From Camelus dromedarius (lineage: Eukaryota), in assembly GCF_036321535.1 (NCBI RefSeq), contig NC_087472.1, forward strand, positions 100,566,001-100,630,000: 64,000 bases of DNA. Reading direction: 5' to 3'. The position numbers were made by a program, and so were the translations under genes. The notes under the pieces are model-generated. The model worked only from the letters and a program-made list of their open reading frames with translations. It did not search any database and was not told the DNA's origin. Within the stretch, counting starts at the first letter, position 1, and every line of letters starts with the position of its first letter. Positions 40,562-53,945 of this stretch are shown piece after piece.

Positions 40562-41011
40562 GTGCGACCCGCAAGGGCTGCTCACGGGCAGTTCCACGGC
40601 TCCTGCACCCACCCAGCCCCGGGGAACCCTGCCCAAGTATCCTGGAACCTGGGCTTCTGAGCCTCTGGGTGTGCTCATGCTTGACCAGGTTAGATGTAAC
40701 TTCAGCCAAACCATCCACCACAGGGTGTTGAATTTCATGTGTTAGGGAGAATGAGGCACTAGAATCTTCTGCTCTGCTCCTGACTTCCAAGTCCCTTATT
40801 GTATCTCCTTGTGGTGAGCTGTCATCCCCCATTTCCTAACACCTCTGCTGGGAGACATCCTACCAGTGTAAATATGTAAATCCACTGCAAGATGCATTCC
40901 AACGTTGGGGGTCATTACAATATGAAAAATGATGCATCTGAGAGTTAAGAAAATACACAATTTAAACGGCAGCATTCAGACTCACCAAGGCTTAGTACCT
41001 CTCAGCCCTGA

Positions 41012-41251
<240 letters not shown>

Positions 41252-43084
41252 TAAATGCTCCTCTTACTCTGTGGGGAGGGGTTCAGAGAGGGCTTGACTG
41301 ACGTGTCCAGGTGGCCCGGAACTGCTTCATTTATATGCAGGTCGACACCAGTAATCGAGATTCAGGACATAATGTCTGAGTGTAAGGTTCCCACCTCACT
41401 GAGACAGAGTTCTAGGTTTAAGGTTGTGACTTGTGGGGCTTTGTGAGCCCTCGTGGGCTGGCTGGGAGAGCCGCAGGTGCACCTGGGCATGGCGTTAGGA
41501 GGGGGTGAGGTGACTAGGGTGTCAGCATGAGAGGGCTGTCTTTTCCCATCACCTGAGTGCCCCGCCTTTGGTTCGAGTAGAAGCATTCTCAGCCAGACCC
41601 TGTCACCCTTTATGGGCCTGGAGAAGAGCCCTCTACGACCTCATAGCACTTTCTTGCTGAGGGAGTTTGCTTTGTCCCTGTCTTGCTCACTCAGTTTTTA
41701 TCTGTACCAGAACCCTGTTTGCGATGCTAGGAAATATAATTGCCCAAGTCCTGGTGGAATTCTGTTCTCAAATGCTCCCTAATTATAATTGAAGCAATTA
41801 TCATTTCTGCTCATTATAAAGTAAAATGATTTGCAGATACATTTGTGAATTTATTTCATCAAGCCAAAGAAATGCAGTGTGGGCTGCCATTCCTTTTATT
41901 TAATAAGAAGGACATTGGGTACTTAGTATTTTTTCTCCAGAGTGGGCGCCAGCCTGTAGAGAAAGCCGGCGTTGCAGTCAGATGTGTTCTGGTGGCTTTT
42001 CTCCTTTCCTGAAGGAGGAATGCTCAAGATCCTTTTCCAAAAGTAATTTTCAGTTCTTTCAAATGCACAGTCCTTGAAATGTACATATACAAGATAAATA
42101 TTTAATGTGTTGTGCTCATCAAAATAATATACATGGTTTGACCTAGATAATTACTAAAAGACTGTCATTAGATGTAGAAACTTAGAAAACTAGGAACAGA
42201 GTAATGTCACTTGAAACCATAAATATGTCTAACTGCAGGCAAGGCCATAAGAGGTCCTGTCTTTTTGCATATAACGTCATTGTTAATTGTCCTTTGTAAC
42301 TGTTCAGTGTTTATACATTAGGAAACTCAAATAGTCTTAGAATTTGATTAAATCCTGAGATGTCTGAGATAAATATTTCCAGCTAATGCCCACCCCATAC
42401 AGGCCCCACTCTAGCTTCCCAGACCCCTTTGGCTTCTGTTTTCCACTTTACCAGTGTCCCTCCTTCCTTCTGGGTAATCATTATATTTCCTTTGTGGGTC
42501 CTCCCTGTCTGCTGTCCTTTGGCTCCTTATTTGTCTCTACACCCTTGGGCAGTGCCCCTTGCCCCCTACTCCCATGGTGTGGAGGTGGGGAGGGTGGGAA
42601 GGCAGGGCACACAGAGGACGCAGCCCAAGGAAGTGACCCTAGAGCTGGGCCTGCAGGAGGAAAGGAAGCAGCCCGCAGAGGAGAGCAGGCGGCGGGAGGA
42701 GGGAGCAGCCCGAGGGGCTTTGTATGGGCTTTTGCTGAAGACAGGCTAGGCCTGGAGGGATTCCGAGGGGGCAGTAACACGGTCACATCCTTTAGGATGA
42801 TCACTGTGAGTACGGCGCAGGAGCAGTTAGTGGGGGCGCTGCCACAGGGTGGAGCGGGGTCCCTTCCGTGATGGGGTAGCCGGGTCTTCTGCTCCTCCAG
42901 CCCTTGGTCAGCTTGTTCTCCCAGGACTTGCCTCTCTGGCCCCAAGACTGGACCTTAATTGGGTGGTCTCAGTTCTACAAGGAAGGGGGTGCATTTGGAG
43001 AGGTAAAAATGATTCAATCAAATCACTGAAGGGTTCTCTGGCCATCCAGTGTTTTCTGCCTGCTGCTTCAGTGATGTTCACTCT

Positions 43085-43235
43085 ATCATCCATTTGCTCA
43101 AATGCATATTGAGCCTGTGCTGTGTAGCAGGCACTGCTCCAGGTGCTGGAAACATTGCTGGCCAGGGCCAACGAGGCCTCCTCTAATGGAGCAGGGAGTC
43201 GAGTGGGGGAGACAGACAGATACAATAAATAAGCA
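43085..43235 (-). mobile_element. L2 3' end
   Basis: TATTGAGCCTGTGCTGTGTAGCAGGCACTGCTCCAGGTGCTGG...GTGGGGGAGACAGACA. Confidence 0.7.
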
Positions 43236-43282
43236 CATGCGTGTATATTCCTCTCTCACGGCAGACGCGATACAGTTTCTAA

Positions 43283-43498
<216 letters not shown>

Positions 43499-44203
43499 TG
43501 ATAGAAACCCAGGGCATGCAGGGTGCAGCAGGCTTCATAAAGGATGTGCAATCCCTTCTGCCCCGGAATCTGCACACATCCTGTACCCAGATATCCCACA
43601 GCCACTCACGCTCATCCTTAACATTAACGGGTTACGTGAGCGTTCTGGAAAATACCCTTCCCCATGTTTGCCTGTTGCCGAGGACTGCTCTTTCAAGTGG
43701 GCCACAGGCATTTAAAAAGTAAAGTTGTACAAAAGATAACTGAATCATCCCTCCATCAAGTGTATCCTTCAAGTGAAACAGTGAGAGGAGTCTAGAAATA
43801 GAATGCTCATGATACCTGTACTTCCCACTATCCACTGGTATTTTGGGGTTTTTTTTTTTTTTTCTCACCTTTATTTAATTCACAACAAATACTTTCCGAA
43901 CTGACCCCGCAGGACTGCAAGTCAATGACCTTTCAGTCCTAATGTGCCAGGGACTGTGCTAGGCCTTGACCGTGATTAAGAAGGAAATAGTTTCCTTCTG
44001 ACCATGACCTGCAGTGAGAAATGCACTCGGATTTTCTCCTCCATTTCAAATGATGACTCACTCAGTTGAGTCCGTGAGGCACTCATGGGTCACACCCTGC
44101 AGCTGGACCAACACTTCCTTGTATGATCTAGAGGGTGATAGAAGTAGTAAGGCATCCTTGGTTCGAAACTGATTTTTATTTCCTAATATATTTTTACTTT
44201 CAG

Positions 44204-44233
44204 ATGACTAGGCGATTTAGTGCTGACGACCAG
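44204..44233 (+). CDS. PHKA2: PHKA2 exon 28 (MTRRFSADDQ), carries RRxS PKA-type motif
   Basis: tttcag|ATG...CAG|gtgaaa; 30 nt, phase 0-0. Confidence 0.94.
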
Positions 44234-45675
44234 GTGAAATATCTTTGTCTTGTTTCATCCTTTATTGTGCTTCGTGTTCTTTCTGGCTTGACTGTGGAAA
44301 TTGAGGCTGTGAAAACAGAGACTGAGCGTGTGGAGGATGGTTCTGCCCATCTAACAGGCTTGGGTGGAAGGGTCGGCAGGCTGTGCAGGCAGCCCTGGGG
44401 ACGGGCAGAGTGCTGGACTTGAAAGAGGAGAAATGACCTTGCCCCGTACCTTTTTCCATTTGTCAAACTCTTGGGTTTGGTAGGAGACTATGTGAAAGAG
44501 ATGGTCCCAGGCTCTGCCTTGGCAGGAGTTTCTGTTCTAAAAGGAGGGAAATAAGTAGGGCCAAGTAAAATGTGGTCATCGATTATATCAGTGGAATACT
44601 GATATTTCCTGACCCCAGATTGCCTGGGGGAATTTAACCCTATAAGGAAAAAAAATGTTAGGATACTGTACTTTTATATCACTCTTGGGACATACTTCCT
44701 TCTCCTCCCTTCAGAAAATTGGAGTCACATTCCTAGTGATTTAATGTCTCTGTGACACCAGAGAGCGCAGAGGAATTGTATACTGACGTGTGGATTCTCT
44801 ATGTTGTCCCTGGGAAAAAACATCCATGCGCTCTCATTCTAATTTATGCTCTTTCCAAGTAAGGAACAGACTTTCCAGACATCTTCCTTTACCAGCCACT
44901 CGGTGGCATCGTCCCTCTGGCTACCTACATCTCAATGGCAGCTGACTGTGGCTGAATATGGGTGGTTCCTTCTGTTTCCATTTAATGCCATCCTTGCATA
45001 TTATGGGGACAAAATGACCAGCCTTTTTCTTTGATGGGTTTAGATCCAGTTAGCCAGTACAAGCTTTGTATTTGGTCTTTTACATCAAGGAAATATGTTA
45101 TTCTCTGTTCAAAATTTAATAGATGCTGTGGCATTTTAAATTTCTAATCGCTTTTGCAAGAACAGCGTGGGTGCATGTGTGTATGTGCTCAGGCACTCTC
45201 CCTATGCAGGTAAAGAATTCAGTCTAGATTTTTAGGTGAGGAAAATACTTGTTTGGCCAAAGCTTATCAGCCTGCTCTTACTCGTTCATTTAACAAGTAT
45301 CTGTTGAATGCCAGCAGGTACCAGATGCTAAATGCTGGTTATGGGTATCTGGTTGATCTCTAGATTTTCACCACTCTTAACATAAGAGATGAGTATTTCA
45401 TGGCTGTGACTTTGGAATATAAGCTGCATCCTAACTCGATGAGGCACCCTCCACATCCGAGTAGACGTGGGAACACTTCACCCGCAGAGAAAGCATTCCC
45501 CAGCTCCTCCGTTGTGCGGAGCCCAGAGCTCCGGGCAGAGTGAGAACTCCTGGATGCCCGCGTCCTCCGCACCTTCCTCCTGTCGCTGTTTCCGAGGCCG
45601 TTCTATGTTCCTTCTCTCTGCCTGCGTCCTTTGGTGTCACTGCACATGACTGAGTGGACTCTCTTTGTGTTGTAG

Positions 45676-45729
45676 CTCTTTTCCGTGAGCCAGGCCGCGT
45701 CCGGCAGCGCGCACTCCTCCAAGTCTGCG
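45676..45729 (+). CDS. PHKA2: PHKA2 exon 29 (LFSVSQAASGSAHSSKSA)
   Basis: ttgtag|CTC...GCG|gtaaac; 54 nt, phase 0-0; similar to recalled human FFSVGQAASSSAHSSKSA. Confidence 0.92.
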
Positions 45730-47554
45730 GTAAACCACGCGTCCCGCCTCCTCCTCCTCCTTTGTGGGGTCTGAATCCCCAGTTGCCCCTCTCGTGCTCC
45801 CACACCCCTAACTCCCGAAGACGTGACCAGGTTTAAGTGTTTTCACTTGACTGTCATCGTGAGGAGAGTCTAGAAAGCAAGCTGAGAACTTGTAGAAGCA
45901 AGCTTGGATTTTCCACCGAGTTTTCTGCTTGTGCCCCTCGCTGGGGTGTGGGTGAGGAACACACACCTCACCAATTCCCAGGAGCTTTTGGAACCTCCAA
46001 GGCATTTGTTCTGTGCCTCTCTCTCAAGCCACAGGGGTGGCCCAGTGCCTGCAGGTGCTGATGAGCACCTCGTAAGCTCGGCTTGAGGCCCCAGAGGAGA
46101 TGGAGGACTAGGAAATGTTCTAATTGCAGAGGCGAGTCTGAATCTTCCTCCCGAAACTAGGAGAAAACCAGCTGAGTCATTGATGAGTGCAGCTGTAATT
46201 ACTTTTATTTGTATCTAATTGTTGCCGTATTTAAATGGCAGTAATGAGCCCAGTGGAATAACCCAGCCTCACAGCCTTTTCAAAATAAGAGCCTATGAAG
46301 TCAAATCGCGTGCTTCTGGAAGACTCCTGCCTCTTGCCCTACTAGCCTGCCGAACATTTGGATTTCATTTTTAAACCTTTAAATTGGCTGTGGCACACTG
46401 AGAAAGCAAAGTGCCAGATAGTCCAGAAGAAAGATCATGTGTAAGGATGAAGGTTATTCCTTCCCTGACCCGAAGGCCAAAGGCTGAGAATCTATCAAGG
46501 GAAAGAAAGCAGCCGTGAGCTTGGCCACAGGGAGCGTTGGGCGCGGCCTCGCCCCCCTCCCCCACCCCGCCAAGGGAGCCCCACTTTCCCACCTGGTCTC
46601 AGGCCCCCACTGGGAGCCCCTCAGAGCTGCCTCCCCGGTTGTGGGCAGACCTGTGGTTCCCGAGGCAGAAGCCAAACTGCTGGCCTGGCCCCAGTGCTTC
46701 CCTCGCAGAGGCCAGAATAAGTGCAGCCTCGGGGAGGAGGTGGAGAGGAGGGGACGCCCTCTCCCTCTGCTTCAGCAAAGGCTTCAGCGGAAGCAGCCAT
46801 CGCCCCAAATTAGGGTAAGGTGCTGTGCTGAGAACAGGCCAAGTAGACAGCGATTGAAAAGGAAGGTGGAAATACGATCACCTCTGAGGGCCCTGTTACA
46901 CGTGTGGATTCCAGCCTCTACTCTTGGGCTCTAGAGCCTTCCCCCTGTATTATGTGTTGCATTCTCTGTGGCCGCTGCTCCATGGGGAAGGGACCACCAC
47001 TCTCCATGGCACCACAGGAGTCAAGTCACTTTGGCATCTGTCTCCCTGGGCTGCAGGGCCTGAGGGAGGTGCCGGCTCCGCGGGCCCGGGGTCTCCCCGC
47101 GAGCCCTCCGGCAGCAGTGCCAGCTGACCACACCTGCCAGGCGTGCTCCTGGCATTCCGTGTGTCTCAGACACATGCAGGCGCCCGCCTGGGTCCCACTG
47201 CTCAGAGGAGGCTGAGTTAGAACCTGAAGCAGCTGGCGTTGAGTTGGGGTTCACAGCCCCCTAGAGCCCATACTCTGACCTGCTCAGCCTCTCCATCAGG
47301 TCAGGGGCTTTAATGCTGTGCTACCTCTTGGGGGCTGGGAAGAGAGCACGGAAGGTGTTTAGTAGCCAAACCGGTGCATGACAGAGCTAATCCAGCTTCA
47401 AGAACTGGCCAAGGGTGAAACAAGGAACCACATTCCTCTGGGCAAGAGGTGGTCTGATGTTTTTGACTAGTTCCCAGAGCTGCCTTCTTGGTAACCAGCC
47501 CTCCCCTGGGGTGCCGGTTAGGTTTCTGAAGGCCACGCCCTGCCTGTCTTGCAG

Positions 47555-47725
47555 AGGTCCAGCACCCCGTCCTCGCCCACCGGCACATCATCGTCAGACT
47601 CAGGCGGGCACCACATTGGCTGGGGGGAGCGGCAGGGCCAGTGGCTGCGCAGGAGAAGGCTGGACGGTGCCATCAACAGGGTCCCTGTGGGATTCTACCA
47701 GAAGGTGTGGAAGATCCTTCAGAAG
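47555..47725 (+). CDS. PHKA2: PHKA2 exon 30 ([10 protein letters not shown]...[30 protein letters not shown])
   Basis: ttgcag|AGG...AAG|gtgagc; 171 nt. Confidence 0.97.
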
Positions 47726-47874
47726 GTGAGCTTAACCGCTGTGCCGCATTACACAGGTGCCCCTCAGGAAATGCACTGTCCCTGTACTCCTTGTGTGGTG
47801 TGGTGGCACCTACAGATAGCAGGTGGCTACAGGACAGGTGAATGCTCAGCCCCCGACCTTAGGTAGCTCATGGC

Positions 47875-48081
47875 CTAGAGCCCCCTCGGCCCCGCTGACA
47901 TCTGGGGCTGGGTAATCCTTTCTTGGGGGCGGTCCTGTGCATTGTGGGATGTTAAGCGACATCCCCGGCCTCCACCCACCAGATGCTGGTAGTGCCCCTC
48001 CCTCCATGTGTTAACCAAAATGTCCCCAGACATTGCCACATGTTCCCTGGGCGGCAAATCGCCTCTGCTTGAGAAACGCTG
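47875..48081. mobile_element. hAT MITE (MER20)
   Basis: GTCCTGTGCATTGTGGGATGTT...CAAAATGTCCCCAGACATTGCCACATGTTCCCTGG...TTGAGAAACGCTG; opposite orientation to the 10162 copy. Confidence 0.8.
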
Positions 48082-49348
48082 GCTAAAACCACTACAAGTT
48101 AGATAAGGTTGTGTGGCACCACCTTTGACATATTTCAGGAACGTAGAAAAGTCAGAACATAGGCAAGAACCAGGGAAGGCAGGGAAGGCTCCAGATAAAC
48201 GCCATAACATGCACAGCCCAGAACAGCCCGCAGGAGCCGTGCCCTCTGCGCTCTGCACCCACTTTCTCCCCCATCAGCCACAGAGCATGCATGTCTCCCC
48301 AGGTCCCACCCCAGCCTGTCTTTCCTTTTGCACAGAGGGACCAGTCTACCTCCCTTAAAAGCTTCTGTGCAAACCAATAACCATGGGCAAGGCCAATTTT
48401 TTCCTTAACCCTTTTTGTTAGCTCATTTCACGGTAGGAGAGACAAGAACAGCCATCTCAGAGAGCCCAGACTCCAGCCCCCTTCCCAAAGCCACAGCCCC
48501 AGGCGGCTGCGTTACGTCTGCTCTGTGGGGACCGAGGTCGTCCTCACAGAACTGGGCCTAGGGAGGTCAGAGCGGTCCCTGTCCTCGCAGCTCAACTCCG
48601 GTCCCCACTCTGGAGCAGAGCCTGCAGGGGGTCTCTGGTCAGGAGGCACGAGCATTCACAGCGCTCCGTCCTCAGCCCACCGGGGATAGAGGCAGGTGGA
48701 CTGCTGTCACAAGGCCCGAGGAGTTAGAAGGCAGCCAGTGAGAGCAGAAGAAACTGTTCCTAGAAAATCTCCCTACTCTTCCTGGGGCCTCACGCGCTTC
48801 CATCCAGGCTGCCACTGGCTCGACACCAAGACACTCTTATTATGAAAAAGCAGCATTTTGTATTGAGCCAGCGCTTGATATTTATATATGTGGGTGTGCG
48901 TGTGCGTGTCTGTGCATGTGCTCGAGTCTTTTGTGATCGGTGCTTATTATAGAAACCACAAAAATAGATGCCTGCAAAGGCATAGAAGTATCACTTCGCC
49001 AGCAGGAGCCAGGCACATCTCCCTTTATCTGGCACCAGAGGGGGCCTCTCAGCCGCCAGGGCCAGGTTGCCAAGTGAAACTCAGAGCTTCCACAGAGGAG
49101 GACCCAGCCTCCCTAGGGCGTTGTTCGTGTGAGATCTGAAAGATGCCTGCTGCTTCCCTAGAATTGTTCCATCGAAAACACAGCCTGTGGGCAGTGAGAA
49201 CAAGCTCTCTAAAAATAACTAACAGTCTGGTGTGTACCAGTCCTCGCGCCAGCTTCCAGGGCCGAGCAACTTGAGTGTACATGTGTGCATGTGTTTGTGT
49301 GCACTTTTAATCACGTTCTAGTACCTGACCTGTGTGTTCTGCCTCCAG

Positions 49349-49402
49349 TGCCACGGTCTGTCCATCGACGGTTATGTGCTCCCATCCTCGACGACACGAG
49401 AG
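49349..49402 (+). CDS. PHKA2: PHKA2 exon 31 (CHGLSIDGYVLPSSTTRE)
   Basis: ctccag|TGC...GAG|gtatga; 54 nt. Confidence 0.96.
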
Positions 49403-50107
49403 GTATGAGGGGAAAACCTGATTGCCGGCCTAGCGTGGGTTTCTGCCAGTGCTCTCCTTGCTGGACTCTGACCACACACACTTCTTTCAAGCTTGTTACA
49501 CATAGGCCCATTGTAGGTCTGATCTTTCTATATGCTTAACCCTCAAGTTTTGCAAAGTTTCTTTCACACATTTTTCCTCCCCTCAGAAATAGCATTTTCT
49601 TTCTCCTTCCCCTCAGAAAAGATCTGGACTGTCCAGATCTTTCGATTTGCCCCCGAAAACCGTATTAAGAGAAAAGACCCAGCTGCACGCCACACTCATG
49701 GGACCCACTGCAGCCTCCTCTGACCCCCACTCCACTGAGAGCAGTCATCGTCCCTGGTTTCTCTCCCCCATTCATTCTTTTAAATATTGAATTTTGAGTT
49801 TTTACCCTACCCAAGGCACCGTGCTATATGCCACAAGGAATAATGAAGAAAGGTAGATTAAAAAATGGTCCTGCCCCTGAAAGTCCCAGTCCAGCGGGGT
49901 AGGGAATCATGTCAGCACCAGGCTGACTCCGCGGCACAGCTTTTGGCCTCCTGCCCCAGAGGGTTCCTACAGGTGGAATCAAGGAAGTGGCCAGAAAGGA
50001 GGCAGCATTTATGCTGAGTCAATGGGTGCTGTGGGCAGCGTGGGTGACAGGGCTGTGTCTGTCCTCAGCTCACTCTTGATCTCCTCTCCTGCTGGTCCCT
50101 TTGGCAG

Positions 50108-50308
50108 ATGACCCCCCAGGAGATCAAGTTTGCTGTCCACGTTGAATCGGTGCTGAACCGAGTGCCGCAGCCCGAGTACCGGCAGCTGCTGGTGGAGGCC
50201 ATCATGGTGCTGACGCTGCTCTCAGACACGGAGATGAACAGCATCGGGGGCATCATCCACGTGGACCAGATCGTGCAGGTGGCCAACCAGCTGTTCCTGC
50301 AGGACCAG
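50108..50308 (+). CDS. PHKA2: PHKA2 exon 32 ([30 protein letters not shown]...LFLQDQ)
   Basis: tggcag|ATG...CAG|gtgggt; 201 nt. Confidence 0.97.
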
Positions 50309-50596
50309 GTGGGTGTGTCCAAGCCTGCCCTGTCCCCCCACCACTGAGATGGGCACAGAGGCAAGGTAGCCAGGTTGGCTGGCATTTATCTCTGTCAAAG
50401 CTAGGGAGTCTTTGTCCAATAGGAAAGAATATTCTCGAATGAAGAAAGTCATCACAGATGGTGAAAAAAAGTCAACCATTTGGTTAGAAAACGGCACAGC
50501 AGCCACTGGGAAATCTAAAGACCTCGGGAGACAGGCCCGTTTGAGCGTAGGTTTTAGTGCCAACACCAGTCTTGCTACGTGTCTGGCCCAACATAA

Positions 50597-51010
<414 letters not shown>

Positions 51011-52354
51011 GGCCCCGGCACACTGCCTCTGTCATTTGCTCCCCAGCCTCCTGAGAACTTTCTTCTGTTCCGCGAGATCCCCTGTGCTGTGACAAAAGCA
51101 TGTCCCATCAGAAACACTGGCAGGGAGGAGATGGCAGTGACAGACCTGAAAGCAGTATTCATCCAAGCCACAGAAAGAGCCGCTGAGTCCTGTGCTCCCC
51201 TGAGGAGCGCCCTGGGATCGTTGTCTGCATTCATTTCGCTGGAATATTTGTTACAGCATCTGGTTTCCTGGAGTCTGAGGAGGAATTGGAAATTGGTCTC
51301 TTTTGAGTGCAGAGGGAACTGAGAAGGCAGCTTCAATCAGCTCCCGCAGAGTTACCAAAACACGTCTGATGAGCTAGTGACACATCTTAGAGATGGAAAG
51401 ATCCTTCCAGCAGTGGCGGACCTTGACAAAGGGAACATCTTAACAGGATGCAGTCTGTCTGTGGACCAAATAGAACAACCCTTTCTGTGTAAGTTTGGTT
51501 TTCTTGTGCCTTGCTTTCTTCCGTGGCTTCTTGTTGTTTTATTGGCATTGCTCCCTTCATGTGGCATAATTCTCTTTCACCAAGATTTAGAAAATTGCTC
51601 CCAGTTAACTTTGCCTTATAGTCTTTAAGGGTTTTATCTTGGCCACCCATGAATTAGGGGTTTCTCCTGCTTTATGAAAAATCCCACGTCTTCCAGAATC
51701 TAACCCTCCAAAAAAAGGCTGGGGAGGAGCCGACTCTGCTAGCTGGGCCAACTGTTGTTTGGGGGCTGGTGCAGGCCGAGTCCCCCTGTGACCTGCCACG
51801 CCGACATGGAGTGACAGCCGGCAGGGAGCGGCACTTTCCCTGTGTTCTGGGAGAGCCACACGCGTCTGCAGCACCAGACGTGCAGAAACAGTGCTCCCCT
51901 CTATGACAGAGCCAAGCTGGGGCCTCGAGCCCTCCTCACAGAAGCACTTTGGCCCTGGGGACACTCTCAGGTAGTTGTGGTTGGAGGCTTTGATTATAGA
52001 GGAGCAAGGATGAGCCCTGACAGGGCAGGACCTTGGCCATCTCTGCCCACGTCCTGGTGGATGGAGCTTCTCTCCAGGTGTTGGGGCGGGAGGAGGACCA
52101 TACCCAAGAGGGAAAACCCTTTCTGTGACTAATGGACTTTAAAAGGACAGTCGCCAGGTGGCCTTATGGTGAGCTCTAGCTGGTTGAGAGTCATGGCTTA
52201 AATTTGTGATGGCTCTGCCTCTGAAATGGAAACTTGGCCTTTGGATCTTTGCTCGGAAGTTTGCATGACGGTGGAGAAAGCCGATGCTCTAGCTGCTCTG
52301 AGGGGACAGCAAGGGGCCCAGGGCCCCTCGAGTTTCGATGCAATAGGAACCAGA

Positions 52355-52360
52355 ATTAAA
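52355..52360 (+). terminator. candidate PHKA2 polyadenylation signal (ATTAAA)
   Basis: ATTAAA about 1.35 kb after the stop; no AATAAA seen by eye between the stop and 56260. Confidence 0.4.
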
Positions 52361-53874
52361 GCAAAGGAAAGGCAGGAGGGAAGCCTCCCGTTCCTGATGT
52401 TTCCTGCTAAAGAGCCTCTCTTCAAGCCACATACTTCACAGTTGCCCCTGGGAGAGAGTCTGGAACACAGGCCTCAGCACCCTTACCCATGGGTAATGCA
52501 CAGGCACCATTTACACAGGACTTCAACGCCTTGGTTTCCTATCTCTCTGAAACCACAACATTTTCCTTGCTGAGGTACAGAGTAGTTACATAAAGAAAAA
52601 GTCCGTGAACTCTCTCCCAGTTTCTGCTCCAGTGGACTCCTGCATCCCCCTATTCCTATTAATGTCAGCCTATGACACCTCCCTCCCCAGATTACCAGAT
52701 TATTCCTCCCTCCATTCATCAGCAGAGGTGGGATGCCCTGTGCCAGGTGTGCGAATGCAGTGATAAGTGAGATGCGACTCAGCACTCAAGGACCTCATCC
52801 CACAGAGGAAGGCTGATGGGAACAGAGGACCAGGTTTTAGTGTGGTGGGGACAGTGTGACAGAGTCAGATGAGGTGCTGGACTGGAAGGCAGCGCCAGCC
52901 CAGAGCACTGGCACTGGGGGCCGATCCCAGAGACAGTGTGGGTGGCCTGGCCAGCAGCTCCTGCCTGCACCCTGGAGCTCCTGCAGTGCCTGGAACACCC
53001 CGTCCCTGCCCCATCTTCCCTGGGAAGCTTCTTGGCTCCTATTTGCCTTGGAGGGTCCAGGGGGGTCATAGCCTTTAGTTTTGGTGTCTTTAAGACATGC
53101 CTGACATAAACAAGACTTGTGTCATTCACCCGACACTCTGGTGGATCATTTCAAACACAGATAATACAAGAAAGGTACAAGCCGTGAAAGGCCCAGGTGC
53201 TTCTGGGCGAAGGCTCGGGAAGAGTTACAGCCCTCCAGAATGAGCCAGGTGCTAATTTAGAACAATCACCTGCCTGTGGCTGACGTGCAAAGCCGCAGAT
53301 GCCGTGTTTGGGCTCACCAACCGAGACGCAGCCAGGAGAAGAGCCATAATAAGCAATTCAGCCGAGCCTTCGATCCACTCTTTTGAAACCTCTTTCAAAT
53401 GAAATCCTGAAATAGTATCGCATTTCCACAGGCATCAAGCTGTCAGCTTTAAAGAAGAGCAGGCTTCTGAGGCTTGATCCCTTTCCTGAGCAGCTGAGGC
53501 CCACGCGGAGGGGAGGAACAGATGTACGAGGGGGAGGGGAGAGGCCTGTCCTGCCCACCAGCATCCTGGTTGGCCGGGTTTCCCCACCAGGAGCCCCTGG
53601 TGCCTCGGATCAGGGCGGCAGTAGGGGCGGGGTGCTCTTTCCTCTCTCCCTCCCCAGAGCAGAGAGGCCAGTTGTGACCTTCGCTGGCACTGGGGATGGG
53701 GCGTCCTGTCTCAGAGCCAGGAACAGACATTTCTTGTCACGTCCTCAGTTGAAAAGCAGCTGCCGCCCACCCACCGCTCGCCCTGGCTCTGACCCAGGGG
53801 GCCCCAGCAGCAAGGACAAAGGTTCCATCAGATAGTCAGAAGGACTAGCCTCCCCTCCTGGCACCAACACCAGC

Positions 53875-53945
53875 AGCTCCATGACCCGGGCTGTTATTTA
53901 GCCTCTGTGGGCCTCAGTTTGCCCATCTGTCAAATGTGCAAGAGT
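53875..53945 (+). mobile_element. MIR SINE core fragment
   Basis: CCTCTGTGGGCCTCAGTTTGCCCATCTGTCAAATG. Confidence 0.65.

Noticed and set aside
42386..42945. 161-aa and 154-aa ORFs in intron 26
   Set aside because: GC-rich intronic sequence giving low-complexity translations with no recognisable homology
52149..52165. CTCF-like motif (similar ones near 42830 and 49032)
   Set aside because: Partial matches are frequent in GC-rich DNA and cannot be supported without a PWM scan or ChIP data
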